64,000 nt of DNA from Octopus vulgaris. Lineage: Eukaryota. The DNA is taken from positions 76,198,001 through 76,262,000 of the forward strand of contig OX597828.1 in assembly GCA_951406725.2 (NCBI GenBank), written 5' to 3'. Below the pieces are notes generated by a model, which saw only the letters and a list, made by a program, of their open reading frames with translations, did not search any database and was not told the DNA's origin. Below are positions 26,949 to 40,613 of the stretch, piece by piece (the stretch's first letter is position 1; every line of letters starts with the position of its first letter). The position numbers and the translations under genes were made by a program.

Positions 26949-27022
<74 letters not shown>

Positions 27023-27858
27023 AATGTCGCTCATTGCGGTGCTTATTCACAGAAAATTTTCCATGACAATTTGAATTGAGGCGAACGATGAGATTTTGTG
27101 CGAAATAAATAAACAATTGTTCGATTTGATGTCATTGTTTTTGCGATATTTCTTGTCCCTCTGGAGGATGTTATTGTTGATTGTGTTGAATCGCAAATAT
27201 AACCATTTGGAAGAAAACCTATGCATTTCATTGTGTTCTTGGTAATGCGGTTTTACTGCCATTTGACACCGGTGAATTGCATGCTGTTACGTATCTGAAA
27301 TGGCTAATGGCGATAAATCATAAATGCCACTAAATGTGTGTATGACTTCTTGATTCGTTAACAATTGCTAAAGAGGAATGTTCCTCTGAATAAAAGCAGC
27401 CAATTACTAGGGGCACGGAAATTTATTAGGGTCGTTTGTTTTCTCTTTTAATCAGAAGGGAAAGCAGTATCCATGACTTTTCATGTGCTCTCCATGACTG
27501 ATGGGAAGAAGATATCTTCAAACGGGAACCCTGGCCCGAATTCTTGAGACAAAACGGATTCAGCTAAATGCATTTAAAGCGCCAGTTTCAAAGCATTGAT
27601 AATAACCTGGGCGACGAGTTAAATGTATGTGAAATAATGAAATAGTAAGAATGTATCTCGATAATAACCCTAAAAAAGAAATATCTGTGTACATGTGTAT
27701 ACGTGTGTATTTATCTATATATGTGGGTCTACTTTTTAGTGTGTGTTTCTCTATACACATACATACAGATATATGTATACACATATAAGATGAGTAAACG
27801 AAAAAATATAAGATAGATATAAGGTACCCAGTGCTTATTCGGCAAAATATGTTAATAT

Positions 27859-27978
27859 GCTTACAGCCATATCACGTTGGAGGCACCGGTTCTCGACCGT
27901 TCAACGAAGTTAAGCAACGTCGAGCCTAGTTAGTACTTAGATGGGTGACCGCTTGGGAAACCTAGGTGCTGTAAGCGT
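27859..27978 (+). rRNA. 5S rRNA, full-length dispersed copy (probable retrocopy or pseudogene)
   Basis: 120 nt; GCTTACAGC/GCTGTAAGC helix I; box A AGTTAAGCAACGTCG; AGTACTTAGATGGGTGACCGC box C region; TTTT at 27985-27988. Confidence 0.92.
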
Positions 27979-27988
27979 CAAACATTTT

Positions 27989-28050
27989 AAAGGTGGTGCT
28001 CCAGCATGGCCACAGTCAAATGACTGAAGCAAGTAAAAGAATAAAATAAT
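27989..28050 (+). mobile_element. SINE family B 3' tail fused to the 5S copy
   Basis: AAAGGTGGTGCTCCAGCATGGCCACAGTCAAATGACTGAAGCAAGTAAAAGAATAAAA matches 26885-26936. Confidence 0.85.
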
Positions 28051-29284
28051 ATATCTGGTTGCGATGATTTCTTTTTTGTCAAGATGCCGTGATCTGTGTT
28101 GCTGTGGTGATCCAAGAACAAAAATGTTGGCAGTATTTTTACAAAAAGATTGTATTTACGCGGTCCTATGATTCCAGCGCTATTTTCAATCATTACTAAA
28201 TCAGCTCATGAAGCAGGGTCAACCGTAGTGTTTCACTAATTAATATTCACATCATTCGTCATTTCATTAATAGACGCCATTTTGCAAAGCATGTCATGTG
28301 CTTATTCATGGCTGTCTTAAACCGAGTACATTGTCAGATGTTTTGTTTCTTTCTGATGTGTGACGCTCGTTAATCCAGGTTTCACTTATTCAATACATTG
28401 TTGGAGAGTTCCTTGCGTCAAAACACTGCTTTACTTCTATTTTTATCTTTACCTTGAAGAATTCTCTCAGTAAGTTCCCTTCCTTGAATATCTTTAATCC
28501 ACAGAATAGAGCTGACAAGCCCTATAATTTTTTGCAGTAACAATAAGGAATACAGCCATGATTAAACACCTACTACGTAATTGACATTACACAGGTTCAA
28601 AGTAACACCTTTAACGATTGGACGAAGGGTACGTCTAGTGTTCCTCGTGCAAATAGTTTTCCGATGAATACAGAATGGATTTTATGCACAATGTCGATAA
28701 ATAATGGTTCCTCCTCGTATACATCAAGAAAGATTACATTATACATACATACACATATCTACGTTTATGTATATAAATACATATATATATAAACTACATA
28801 TATAAGAATGAGAGAGAGAGAAACAGCCAGTGAAATGACAATTGTATTTATTTCGTCATTTCTTTATTGTATTTAAATAATATAACCAGCAATTCCTATA
28901 ATGCATACTGTTGCATAATCTGCCGTGTAGCTGTCCAACTTGACTGTATTCCTGCTTAACGATCCACGCACATTGTTCGTTAAAGATGACACCCTATCTT
29001 ATGCCCATGACAGCTATGAAATATTCATGAGATAAAGCTTCGATTCTACTTTCCCCGTTATCTTTCAAAATTCAATATTACAATATATCTACGTTATCCC
29101 ATACCAGCTATCTCCATCCTTCAACATCCACCCGACCAACCCAGAGCACACCTTCTCATTTTGTCTCCCTTTTTATCTTCAGCATTTTTTCTTACTCATC
29201 CTCTTCCTAAACTTTTCTTCTCCCCTTTATCTTTAGCTCCCAAATCATTCTTTTATCCAAATTTTTAAACATGTTTGTACCTTT

Positions 29285-29321
<37 letters not shown>

Positions 29322-31369
29322 TATACATGCTTATTCCATTCTTGTTTTCAGTCTTTTTATCTTCATTTCTTCCTTTCTCTCTTTCTCTCTCGTCCTCTGC
29401 ATTATTTCTCTCTTTCCCTCACTTTGTATATTTTCAAACAATTTTCAATCATCTCTTTTGCCTTGTCATATTCTTTCATTCACTATACGCCTCCTGCTGG
29501 GAGTGAATATATTCTAGTATGCATATGTAAGTGCATGTATATATATATATCTATATATATATATATGACAAAAATGACATATGCAGACCGTTATTTTATC
29601 CTCTTCTTGCTCTCCACTGCAGTTATGGCTGAATATCATGGCAGCGGTAGGAGAATGTAATAACTGGTCTTTGTTTCACAAATTATTACATGCATACATT
29701 CAAGTCTCATGTAAGTCCTTCTTTTATCCAAGTCTGCAACAACTTTTCGGTTACAGAATACACTCTTCTTTGTTTTCCTGCAGACTATGGCTTTGCTTTC
29801 TTTAAATTTACAGATAACAAATACTTTTCTTACAGTTTCTTTCGTTCAAACATGTTTTATTGGTTCATTTATTACCTTTTTAATTCATTCTACTTAATCA
29901 GATCTTTATTGTCATTCTTCTCAGTTATTTTATTGCCATCTTATTTACATTTTTTATCAAATATTTTATTGCCAACGTTTATTTACAGTTTTAAACCAAC
30001 ATGCATCTATAGTGTTTTTTATGGCATTAATGCAACTCACCCCGTTCCTTAACCGTTTCCTCAGAAGTAACCTTATTTCGAATCATTCCGAGCAAATATT
30101 TATATATCTGTGACTCGATTCTCTTTCTCTTTGTGTTTCTTATTTTGCAGCACTTCTACCCGCCACTTCAAACTAAGCATTGAGTTCTTCTGATAAACAC
30201 CGTCTACGCATTCAGTTCTAACTAACTACTAATGAGAACTTCGTCTTTTTGACACCCAAATACGTTTTGTGCTTCATAATTCATTTCTTCACTTCTTTAT
30301 ATTTAAGCTCTCATTTCTTACATTCGTTTATTATTATCTCACACATGCTGCAAATTGTTTTTATTTTAGGCGTTATTGCTACATAGTAGTCACCCCGCCA
30401 CACAAACATATTGTGTGTGTGTGTGTGTGTGTGTGTGTAGGTCCCTCTAGTTTCTCCATTTTAAATCTGATTCCACCATCTTTTCATTTCGTTTTAATAT
30501 CATACACGGATCTCTCAACCACCCTGCCTATTGTTTCCCGCCTCAATCTTTCATTTGTTACTATTCCCAAGTTACCTACCACGTTACCTTTCTAATTATA
30601 GAACTAGTTGTCTCACCAGCATACTGGGTATTGATAGTTAATTATTTCTCTCTGACTCTCCTTCCCCGCCACACTTTCAACCTCCTAACTATCTATTTTG
30701 CATCTCTGTATCATACTTTCACACTTCGTCACATGTTTCAGCACAGCCATTGCTTTCTCTTTCATATTCCTATAGCATTACAAAGATGGATGCCTACAAA
30801 AAAAAAACAAAAGAAAGATGTGGGGGGGGGGGGCAATGTGACTTGCATATTGTCTTATTGATATGTTCATATACAAGTTCATACACAACTATGTGTGTGT
30901 TTGTATGGAAATGTATAGATGTGTGGACGTGTGCGTACATGCGTGTCTATGTATGCAGTTCTATTAAAGAACAGAAGGAAATCAACAGAATTGAGTTGCC
31001 TAAGGAAGAAAATTTGATATTTTTGATTCGCAAACTGAGAGAGAAATAATGAATAAATGAAATAGCATGGTAGCAACGACATCAGAAATAGCAACAAAGA
31101 CTGCAATAATCACAACAACAATAGCAACATCAGCAACAACAATAATAATGAAAATAATAATATTGATAATAATATTACTAATAATGATAAATAATAATAA
31201 CTGACTTGCTTTGTATCTAACATGAAGTTATTTTGTATTTTAAATTTGTAGCCCCATTTGCTATTGTCATGCGCATGGGTTTCACTTTGTTACGGCAAAT
31301 GTTTTCATGACTGTTCTTATGTTGTTGTTGTTGGCTTTGCCGTTATTGGCTCATTATTATTTTGTCTCT

Positions 31370-31577
31370 TCTACTCTAGGCACAAGCCCGAAATTTTGGG
31401 GGTGGGAACCACTCGATTAGACCGACCCTAGTACGTAACTGGTACTTAATTTATCGAACCCGAAAGGATGAAAGGCAAAGTCGACCTCGGCGGAATTTGA
31501 ACTCACAACGTAACGACAGACGAAATACGGCTACGCATTTCGCTCGATGTGCTAACGTTTCTGCCAGCTCGCTGCCT
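31370..31577 (-). mobile_element. SINE family A copy
   Basis: Reverse complement of the head and core seen at 2631 and 38882. Confidence 0.8.
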
Positions 31578-31658
31578 TGTTATTGGTTTATTATTGTTAT
31601 CTAAATGTGAACTATTGTTCCGTTTGATGTTGTTACTGTTGTACTATTTCTTGTCCCT

Positions 31659-31815
31659 AGGCGGTGAGCTGACAGAAACGTTACTTAGCGGTATTTCATC
31701 TGTCTTTACGTTCTGAGTTCAAATTCCGCCAAGGTCGATTTTACCTTTCAACCTTTCGGGGTCGATCGAGTGGCCCCATCCCCTTAAATTTCGGACCTTG
31801 TGTCTTGAGTAGAAA
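31659..31815 (+). mobile_element. SINE family A copy with internal deletions
   Basis: GGCGGTGAGCTGACAGAAACG..GAGTTCAAATTCCGCC..TCGGGGTCGAT. Confidence 0.75.
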
Positions 31816-31974
31816 AGAATATTTCTTGTCCCTGTTGTTGATGTTATTGCTGTGGTTTGGTTGCTGTTGGGTGTGGTTAACTCGTTCCAGCTGATGTACA
31901 CAAGGGGTGGCGGTGGGAATTGTGCCGATAAGATGGTTGGAGGGGTGCAGTATTTGACTTTTCCGTAGTGCAGG

Positions 31975-32670
31975 AGAGTGGTGGTGGTGGTGATGGTGGT
32001 GTTGATGGTGGTGGTGATAGCCATTGTAATGTCATAGTTGCGCTAATTGTTGTCATGGCAGTGCTGTTGTTGTTGTTGTTGGCAGTGGTGCTGGTAATAT
32101 GGGTGGTGTTGGTGGTGGTGTTGGTGGTTGTAGTAGTGGTGGTGGTTGTGGTACTGGTGTCAGTCTGATGGTAGTAGTAGGGATTGTGGTAGTGTTGTCA
32201 GTGTGATGGTGGCAGTGATGGTGTCTGTGTGGTGGTGGTGGTGGTGGTGATGGTGGTGGTGGTGGTAGTGGTGGTGGTGGTCGTGGAGGTCGTGGCGATG
32301 GTGGTATTGAATCCTCAATTGTAGCTGCGTCAGTGGTGTTGTTGTTGGCTGCAGCAGCGCTTCTGATGGTAGTGATGGTGGTGGTTGCTATGGTAGCTAG
32401 AGTGGCTGCAGTGGAGGTGGGTGTTCGGTGGTAGCTGTGTTGGTGTCGGTGGTGTCGGTGGTTGTGGCGTTGTGACGGTTTCGACTGATATCGTGACTTT
32501 TGACATAGTGATCATGGGACTGGCAAAGATAACAGCGACGATATGAAAGTCATTGAAGACGATACTGATGCTTCCGTCATGATGATGATGATGCTGAGGC
32601 GGAGGGGGAGGAGGATACTGATGGTGATATTGGTGATGATGATGATGATGATGATGATGATTCTAATAAC
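31975..32670. repeat. Degenerate (GGT)/(GAT)/(GTT) triplet low-complexity tract
   Basis: Direct sequence. Confidence 0.8.
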
Positions 32671-33365
32671 GATGTTACTGATCGTAGAGATGATAGGGAG
32701 CCGGAAGTGTTAACAGAAAGACCTATATTGTCGTCGGCAGTTTGGGAGTCATGGGCGATCGTTGCTCCTCAGCCGTGATGATGCTAAAGCTGATAGCGTT
32801 GTTGTTGTTGTTTTTGATATACATAACAGTGTCGTTGTTGTTGTTGTTGTTCATGTTAGTGTTATTTTTGCTGATGTATAACGTAGCATTCCTCGTGATT
32901 TTCTTTTATATTTTTATTTTAACTGTTTTACTTTTTAACATTCTTCTACTTAATTAGATTGTAAATGTCGACGATTTCCGGCATTTTCAGAGGTGATTCC
33001 TTTTCACTCCGCTAATATATCTACAACCATTTTGAAGGTTACATATTTCTTACGAAATTTTCTCACGTTCACACCTACACGCATATGTATATATATACAC
33101 ATACTTACACGTTACTTAAAAACGCATTCAGTGTTACGAACACTTACATAAACATACATATATACGTACACGTATATTTTCGTTGTCTAATTCATTTCCC
33201 TGATATAATACATACTTATAGACTTATATCCACACGCATACACACACATACACACTCACACATATCTATATATGTGTGTGTGTGTGCATCTATATATATA
33301 TATATATATGAAAATATATATGCTTATATATATGTATATATAGACATAATACATATGTATATCTA

Positions 33366-33532
<167 letters not shown>

Positions 33533-34031
33533 ACACCAGAACGTAAGCGAGCAATACAAATGAAGAGAAACAAAATATAGATTAATCATAAACTAGTTTC
33601 GCTATTAAAACTTACGCAAAATTACTTATGTAATTGTCTGTAGCTCTTCAGTATGATCGTCATTGCAAATATAATTTGCAGTACTATACACGAGACGTCC
33701 GCATGAGATTGAACATGGATACAGTTCTACCACTTAAACTTGGGGTTATCTTTCAAAAGTCTTCGTTTTGGCGCGCTAATATACCAGAAATATTTCTGCA
33801 GAAAATAATTCTCTGGATACATGTGGACAGATGTTATTTAAGAGTTAACATCACCATACAAATGTACGTTTTAGATTGAATTATAAACGCTACTATGATT
33901 TGTGTGCCAGAAAAACCGACAGTACCAGGCAGTGTTAAGATTATGTTGTGAACGAATATTGTGAAATGAGGGATATTTGTGTTATAATACCTGTATGAAA
34001 CACAAATACACACATGGGCATATGAATGAGG

Positions 34032-34082
<51 letters not shown>

Positions 34083-34099
34083 TGTGTTTGTGTGTGTGA

Positions 34100-34357
34100 G
34101 ATGGTTCTCGGTCAGTTACGACAGGGATTCGAATTGATCTAATCAGCAGAACAGTCTGCTCGTGAAAAAGCATGTGGCCGAGCACTCCGCAGACACGCGT
34201 ACCGTTAACGTGGTTCTCAGGGATATTCCGTGCGACAGAGAATGGGACTAGGCTGAGTGGACTGGAGTAAAGTGAAATAAAGTTTCTTGCTCAAGGACAC
34301 AACCCGTCGCCGGGAATTGACTCCACACCATTACGATCGTAAGTCGAATACGCTAAC

Positions 34358-34361
<4 letters not shown>
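34100..34361 (-). mobile_element. tRNA-derived SINE family C, diverged copy
   Basis: Minus strand AGTGGTTAGCGTATTCGACTTACGATCG head; 3' part shared with 34640-34785 and 2380-2492. Confidence 0.7.
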
Positions 34362-34395
<34 letters not shown>

Positions 34396-34409
34396 GTATA
34401 TATGTATAG

Positions 34410-34789
34410 AGGCGCAATGGCCCAGTGGTTAGGGCAGCGGACTCGTGGTCATAGGATCGCGGTTTCGATTCCCAGACCGGGCGTTGTGAGTGTTTATTGA
34501 GCGAAAACACCTAAAGCTCCACGAGGCTCCGGCAGGGGATGGTGGTGATCCCTGCTGTACTCTTTCACCACAACTTTCTCTCACTCTTACTTCCTGTTTC
34601 TGTTGTACCTGTATTTCAAAGGGCCGGCCTTGTCACTCTCTGTGTCACGCTGAATATCCCCGAGAACTACGTTAAGGGTACACGTGTCTTGGAGTGCTCA
34701 GCCACTTACACGTTAATTTCACGAGCAGGCTGTTCCGTTGATTCGGATCAACCGGAACCCTCATCGTCGTAACCGACGGAGTGCTTCCA
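34410..34789 (+). mobile_element. tRNA-derived SINE family C
   Basis: A box TGGCCCAGTGG, B box GGTTTCGATTCC, tail CACGAGCAGGCTGTTCCGTTGAT..GTAACCGACGGAGTGC; flanked by (TA)n. Confidence 0.85.
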
Positions 34790-34898
<109 letters not shown>

Positions 34899-36864
34899 AT
34901 TTATATATATACATGTATACACACACGCACGCACAAACACACGCCCACACAGACACACACACAAACACACAAACACACACGCACACATACGCACACACAT
35001 ATATATAAAGCCGCACACACGCATCAAGCTTACATAATTTCTTACTTTTACGTCTGTTGTAATTATTGCATTGCGGCCTTCCAGCCACCCCCTTCCTTGG
35101 AAGGTTTAGGCTTAGAACTTAATCTCCGTCCCTCCTACCGAACCATTAGATTGCAGGGAGGTAAAGAAACCAGCATGGGTTGTCAAGCTGCGGCTGGAGT
35201 ACAAATCAGAAACACACACAAACACAGACTTATACACGGGATGCTCTCAGTTGCCCTCAACGCTACTCACAGGTTTTGGGACGGTCCACCGAAGTTGCCA
35301 CACAGTGTGACGGAACTCGGAGCGATGTCATTGCGAAGTAATCTTCTTACTACAGAGCCACCCTACGCCGGCACCCATCCATACACAAACACACACGTGT
35401 GTGCGTGTGTACTCAATACATAAAAAGAAGTTTATTGATGAAATAGCGTCAATTAAAAATTTAATTCACAACGTTTGGGAATTCAAATTTCGTGTTTGCA
35501 CTTGCGGACATCAAGCAAGGAATTTATTACATAAACACCATTTATTGAACAAAATTGTGCCAAATTTATCTCATATCGTAAATTATTAATTTCATTCAAC
35601 TGTAGTAACCGACAGGCGAAATTGGTTTCGTAGAGGTGATAAACTGTCGTGAATTCTTGGAGCTATGATGCCCTGCTGCTCCTTGTTTCCCTCTGAAGCT
35701 ATCAACCATGACTGCGAATGGAGAGCAAGTAGCTTCATGAGTGTTATCAGCAGCGGCTGCGTGGAGACTTGTGGCTGGGAACATGAGCCGCGCTGTTCTC
35801 TGTTGACCTTGCAAATACTGGTTCTGATTAATGTGTTCGCTTAAATCTGTGAAGATTTTAATTATATTGCTCCACGTCGGTATCCCTTAACAGGACGGTA
35901 TCAAAAGGATCATCGCAGAAAGAACAGTTAAGATGCCTGAGCATCTGTTTGTTGTCTCCAACCTCCTCATTATATTTCTGCTCTCAGCAACGAAGACTTT
36001 GCATGCAATTTCCTTTTCGTATCACACACGGAACGGATGGCACGTCTCCGTCTCGGCTTCTGGGACACCAGTTTCGGCAACAAATTTAAGCAATGACAAT
36101 TCTTCTTTTAAACATTTGAAAATAGCATTCTAATTCTTCATGGTACATATATTAGAGTAAAAGTCTGCGGTGCTTTCCATTCTGCTGGTAATTTGAGGCT
36201 GTAGTTCTTACTTTTAATGAGTCTTTTTGTTTTTGTCTTCCTTACGATACTACTTTCTACCATATGTATCTTACGAACCTTCAATCATCACCAAAACCTC
36301 GCCCAAGTATCTTCCTTGGTCGACCCTCTTCCTGACTATAATCATATGTCAACCCATTCTTTGGCTCGCGGATGCGGGAACGTACATATATCTTATTTTA
36401 CTGGCAACACTGATAAGTCTGCGAGCAAATAATACCCTCTTCCACCGGGGTCTTCACGGAGTGCTACAAAACAAGTTTATATTACTTTCAGAGATGTGCA
36501 AACACCAAAAGAAAATCAATTGAAAATCGATACAAATCGCAAAGTCTCACTTTTATATTTATCACTCACCGAAGACCCAGCAATCAGAATCCCAAAGCAA
36601 GATGTTCGATAAAGAGTAGTATCGAAGAACAATAGCTACGATATTGATCTATTGGCATAAAAGTGAGAAAATATTAATTTTCGATTGTGATTGAGGATTA
36701 TCTTATTGAGTGAGCTTCATATTTCGAACATATTTGCTGAAATGTTGCTCATCCGACCCAGGATATACGTCACTCCAACATTGATAATCAACGATGGTCG
36801 CAAACCGGATTTGCTGATCGTCGCTATTTTAAATATCATTTATATTCTTTATACTCTTTTATTC

Positions 36865-37258
36865 TTTTCTTTGTATCAGTCATTTCACTGCGGCCATACT
36901 GGGGCGCTGTCTTGAAGGGTTTTAGTCGAACAAATCGACCTCAGGGTTTTTTAAAGCCTATTACTTATTCTATCGGTGTATTTTTGCCGAGCCTCTACGT
37001 TACAGGGACAGAAAAACACAGCGGTTGTCACGTGGTGATGAGGGAACAAACACATACACAGACACACATAGAAGAACACACACACTCACACACACACACA
37101 CACACACACATACAATGGATTTCTCTCCGCTTCAGTCTTAAAAACTCACTGACATGGCTTTGTTCGGCCCTAGGTTATAGTAGAAGACACATGCCTAAGG
37201 TGGGACTGAATACGGAACTATGTGGTTGGGAAGCAAGCTTCTTACCACCCAGCCATGC
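36865..37258 (-). mobile_element. SINE family B, diverged copy
   Basis: Reverse complement of tail, internal (CA)n and CORE-like block. Confidence 0.7.
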
Positions 37259-38881
37259 TTAGATATTGAAATCGAATAAAAGAGTATAGAAAATTTAAAG
37301 CCTAAAGTCCAGATATTGACAGTAGTGAATCTTATTTTAATATATAACAAATATTATTGAACATTGGCCATATCATCAATAGTCTTATTAATTCAAATAA
37401 GTATTTCATTCAATATTAGTCTTCGAGTAAAGTTCTTTGCACACTATTCTGTGCGTGTAGACTGGAATTTGCTATTAACTGAGCTCTTGGCATAAAATCT
37501 GAACTTACGGTTGAATATATCTCATGAACTACTCTGTTAGAACAAATATACTTACTCCAATTAAATAATTAACGTAAAGGGTTCGCTTTGGTTTGTTCCA
37601 TAAAGCAATCACTTGAAAATCATTATAACACACACGTACATCAACATGAAACATACACAAATACACACAGACACACAATCACGCACACACAAACGCACTC
37701 ATATAGGCCTTCTTGCCTGCCTACCTACCTACCTACCTACGCACCTACGCACCTACGTACGTACCTACCTACCTCCCTATATACATACATATATGCATAT
37801 ATACGAACATACATACACATATGTGTGCCTTTGTGTGTGTGTATGTGTTCACGCCCGTGTGTGTGTGTACATGTGTGTGCGTGTATATGTAAACAAAGAG
37901 AAAGTGACAGAGAGAAAGACGCACAATCAATAGAAATAAATTAAATAGACAGATATGAAAAAACTTTCTGCATTTTGAAAGTCACAACAATTTTAAACGA
38001 TCTCTGGATATCAAAGTAGCAATAACAGTAAGAGAGGATATCAAAATATTCTCCTGGAAACATTTGTTAGTTCCTTACATTTCGGGTAAAAAAAAATCTC
38101 TCAACGGAAGTAAAATACTAAAGGTGGTACAGAGAATAAATTACACGTCGATTCAGTTGTATTTCTGTTGTGTAACGCAAATATGCGTGGGTTTTCTTTC
38201 CAATTCTTTCCAATTAAGTAAATCCAGAAGACCGAGCAAATGTTCATTAAAATATTTAGTAGGTAAATATAGAATCAAGGATATTCTTTAGAGCATACAT
38301 TCCTTGAGGGCTCCAATGAGGAAACTTCCTCCTACTTCTCTTTCCACACTCTCATTGCATCCTGTTTATCTTCCCGCTTCATTTCTCCTCTAATCTTCCT
38401 TCTTTCTTTCCCTCCACCTTCCAATATGTTCATTTTGCTAGTCTTCGTTCCATTGTTTAACTTTAATAATGAAATTCGTGCCGACTGTTCTCCCACATTG
38501 GTTGTCACCGATGTTTAATAAATTACTACAGTGAACTCTGGTCATGTTTTTAAATATAGAATTAGGCGATTCTACTGCGTTGATGAAGTTGTAATAGTTT
38601 TGTTGTTTCTGCCGTGATTCTTGTTGTTTAACCCATGGCTAGTTTTGACTGAGCCAGCAGACTTATAAAAGTATTTCCTGCTCTTCTTGTTCCATATCTT
38701 ATGCAGATATAAACTGTGTAAAGCTAAACGATTTCAGTCACGGATTGAGTGAAATTGCAGCAAATGATGAGTTCGTCTTATTCCACCTCTTCCAATATTC
38801 AAAGAGAAACAAATTTCCCGAATCAATGCGATAATGTAAAAGTTGACAAAATTGTCTTTCTTTATCCTTTTCTGCTCTATA

Positions 38882-39092
38882 AAGGCGGCGATCTGGCAGA
38901 AACTTTAATGCACCGGTCGAAATGCTTAGCAATATTTCGTCTGTCTTTACGTTCTGAGTTCACTCTCCACCGAGGTCGACTTTGCCTTTCATCCTTTAGG
39001 GGTCGATAAATTAAGTATCAGTTGCGTACTCTGGTCGATCTAATCGACTGGCCCTCTCCCCCAAAATTTCGGGCCTTATGCCTAGAGTAGAA
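38882..39092 (+). mobile_element. SINE family A copy
   Basis: GGCGGCGATCTGGCAGAAAC..GACTTTGCCTTTCATCCTTTAGGGGTCGATAAATTAAGTA..CCTAGAGTAGAA. Confidence 0.8.
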
Positions 39093-39200
39093 CAGAGTGC
39101 TCTATTCCATAGTTTTCTTCGAAATTCATCTGTTGCAACACATACACACACATACACATACACAGACATACACACACACACATATATTCGTTATATATCG

Positions 39201-39261
<61 letters not shown>

Positions 39262-39270
39262 TATTTATAT

Positions 39271-39414
39271 AGGCGTGCTTGTGTGGCAAGTAGATTGCTT
39301 ACCAACCACATGGTCTTGCGTTCAATCCCTCGGACAAGTGTCTTCTACTACAGCCTCGGGCCGACAAAAGCCTTGTGAGTGAATTTGGTAGACAGATACT
39401 GAAAGAATCCTGTC

Positions 39415-39461
<47 letters not shown>

Positions 39462-39680
39462 TATTTTTTTTGTGACTGTGATTGTTCCCTCCATCGCCAC
39501 TATCTCTTGACGACCGATGATGGTGTGTTTACATCTCCGTAACTTACCGGTTAACAAAAGTACCGATAGAATAAATATCGGGCTTACAAAGAATAAGTCT
39601 TGGGGGCGGTTTCTTCCACATAAGGTGGTGCTCCAGTATGGCCCCAGTCAAGTGACTAAATTAAAAATAAAGGAATAAAA
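39271..39680 (+). mobile_element. SINE family B copy
   Basis: Head, CORE-like block, internal (TA)n and tail all align to 26494-26936. Confidence 0.8.
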
Positions 39681-39693
39681 GGATATACATATA

Positions 39694-39960
39694 TATATTG
39701 TATAAACGATTGTGAGTAAGGCCAGAACTACGTGAAGCAAATGCCAGGCAAATCGCAAGAAAAGAAATTTATGAATTAATGTAGACTTACCTTGTATCCA
39801 ATATTCCGGGGTTATGACCTCATTTTCAAGAAAGTGGGGTCATAATCCCGAAATTGAAAGTAAGGTAAGTCTACATTAGTTCATAAATTTGTTTTCTTGT
39901 AATTTACGTTGCATTTACTTCGCATTTTTCTGGCCTTCCCACGATCTTTTATACAATATA
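39694..39960. mobile_element. Fold-back MITE-like element (~267-bp imperfect palindrome)
   Basis: TATATTGTATAAACGATTGTGAGTAAGGCCAGAA vs TTCTGGCCTTCCCACGATCTTTTATACAATATA; inner AATGTAGACTTACCTT/AAGGTAAGTCTACATT and TTATGACC/GGTCATAA. Confidence 0.8.
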
Positions 39961-40046
39961 TTCTACACAATGTTTCATAGCAACTATTCCATATATATAT
40001 ACATACATATATATACATATATATATATTCATCTATATACATATAC

Positions 40047-40077
<31 letters not shown>

Positions 40078-40086
40078 CATACATAC

Positions 40087-40120
<34 letters not shown>

Positions 40121-40122
<2 letters not shown>

Positions 40123-40232
40123 TTTATTTTAAGCAGCAGGAATTTTCTGCTGCTTAAAATAAAGCATATTACTCTACCACTGGTATTTGAGTACTCTTTT
40201 TCCACCTTGTTTCACATTTATGTGTTTACTCC

Positions 40233-40234
<2 letters not shown>
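40121..40234 (+). mobile_element. Short copy of the Penelope-type inverted-arm element seen at 59011
   Basis: CTTTATTTTAAGCAGCAG/CTGCTGCTTAAAATAAAG palindrome followed by the same ~70-bp 3' arm ending TACTCCGG. Confidence 0.75.
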
Positions 40235-40301
<67 letters not shown>

Positions 40302-40613
40302 TCGTGTGTGTGTGTGTGTGTGTAAGGAAAATAAGGCAATGCAGAAAATGGTAAAATAATTTTATCATGGAGTTTCATCATAAAATTATTTCAGCATTGT
40401 CTACCTTGTCTTATATTCCTCATATATGTCAACTCGTGTGTTCATTTTCAAAATTCTACCTTTAACACTACTTCCAGATACAAACACACACACACATGCT
40501 ATCTCTCACTTTCTTCCCATTCATTACCCTCTTGTACTATCTTATATCCCTCCCCACCACTACACACTCAATAACACTATAAAAATGGTCAAATTTTCCC
40601 CAAGAACTTAATT

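Noticed and set aside
29560-30260. Possible degenerate RTE LINE on the minus strand
   Set aside because: Only compositional resemblance; too decayed to call
34410-34482. Possible tRNA gene
   Set aside because: tRNA-like head runs into a SINE body with no clean acceptor stem or terminator
35596-36500. GC-richer island, possible exon
   Set aside because: Stops in the plausible frame and no recognisable domain
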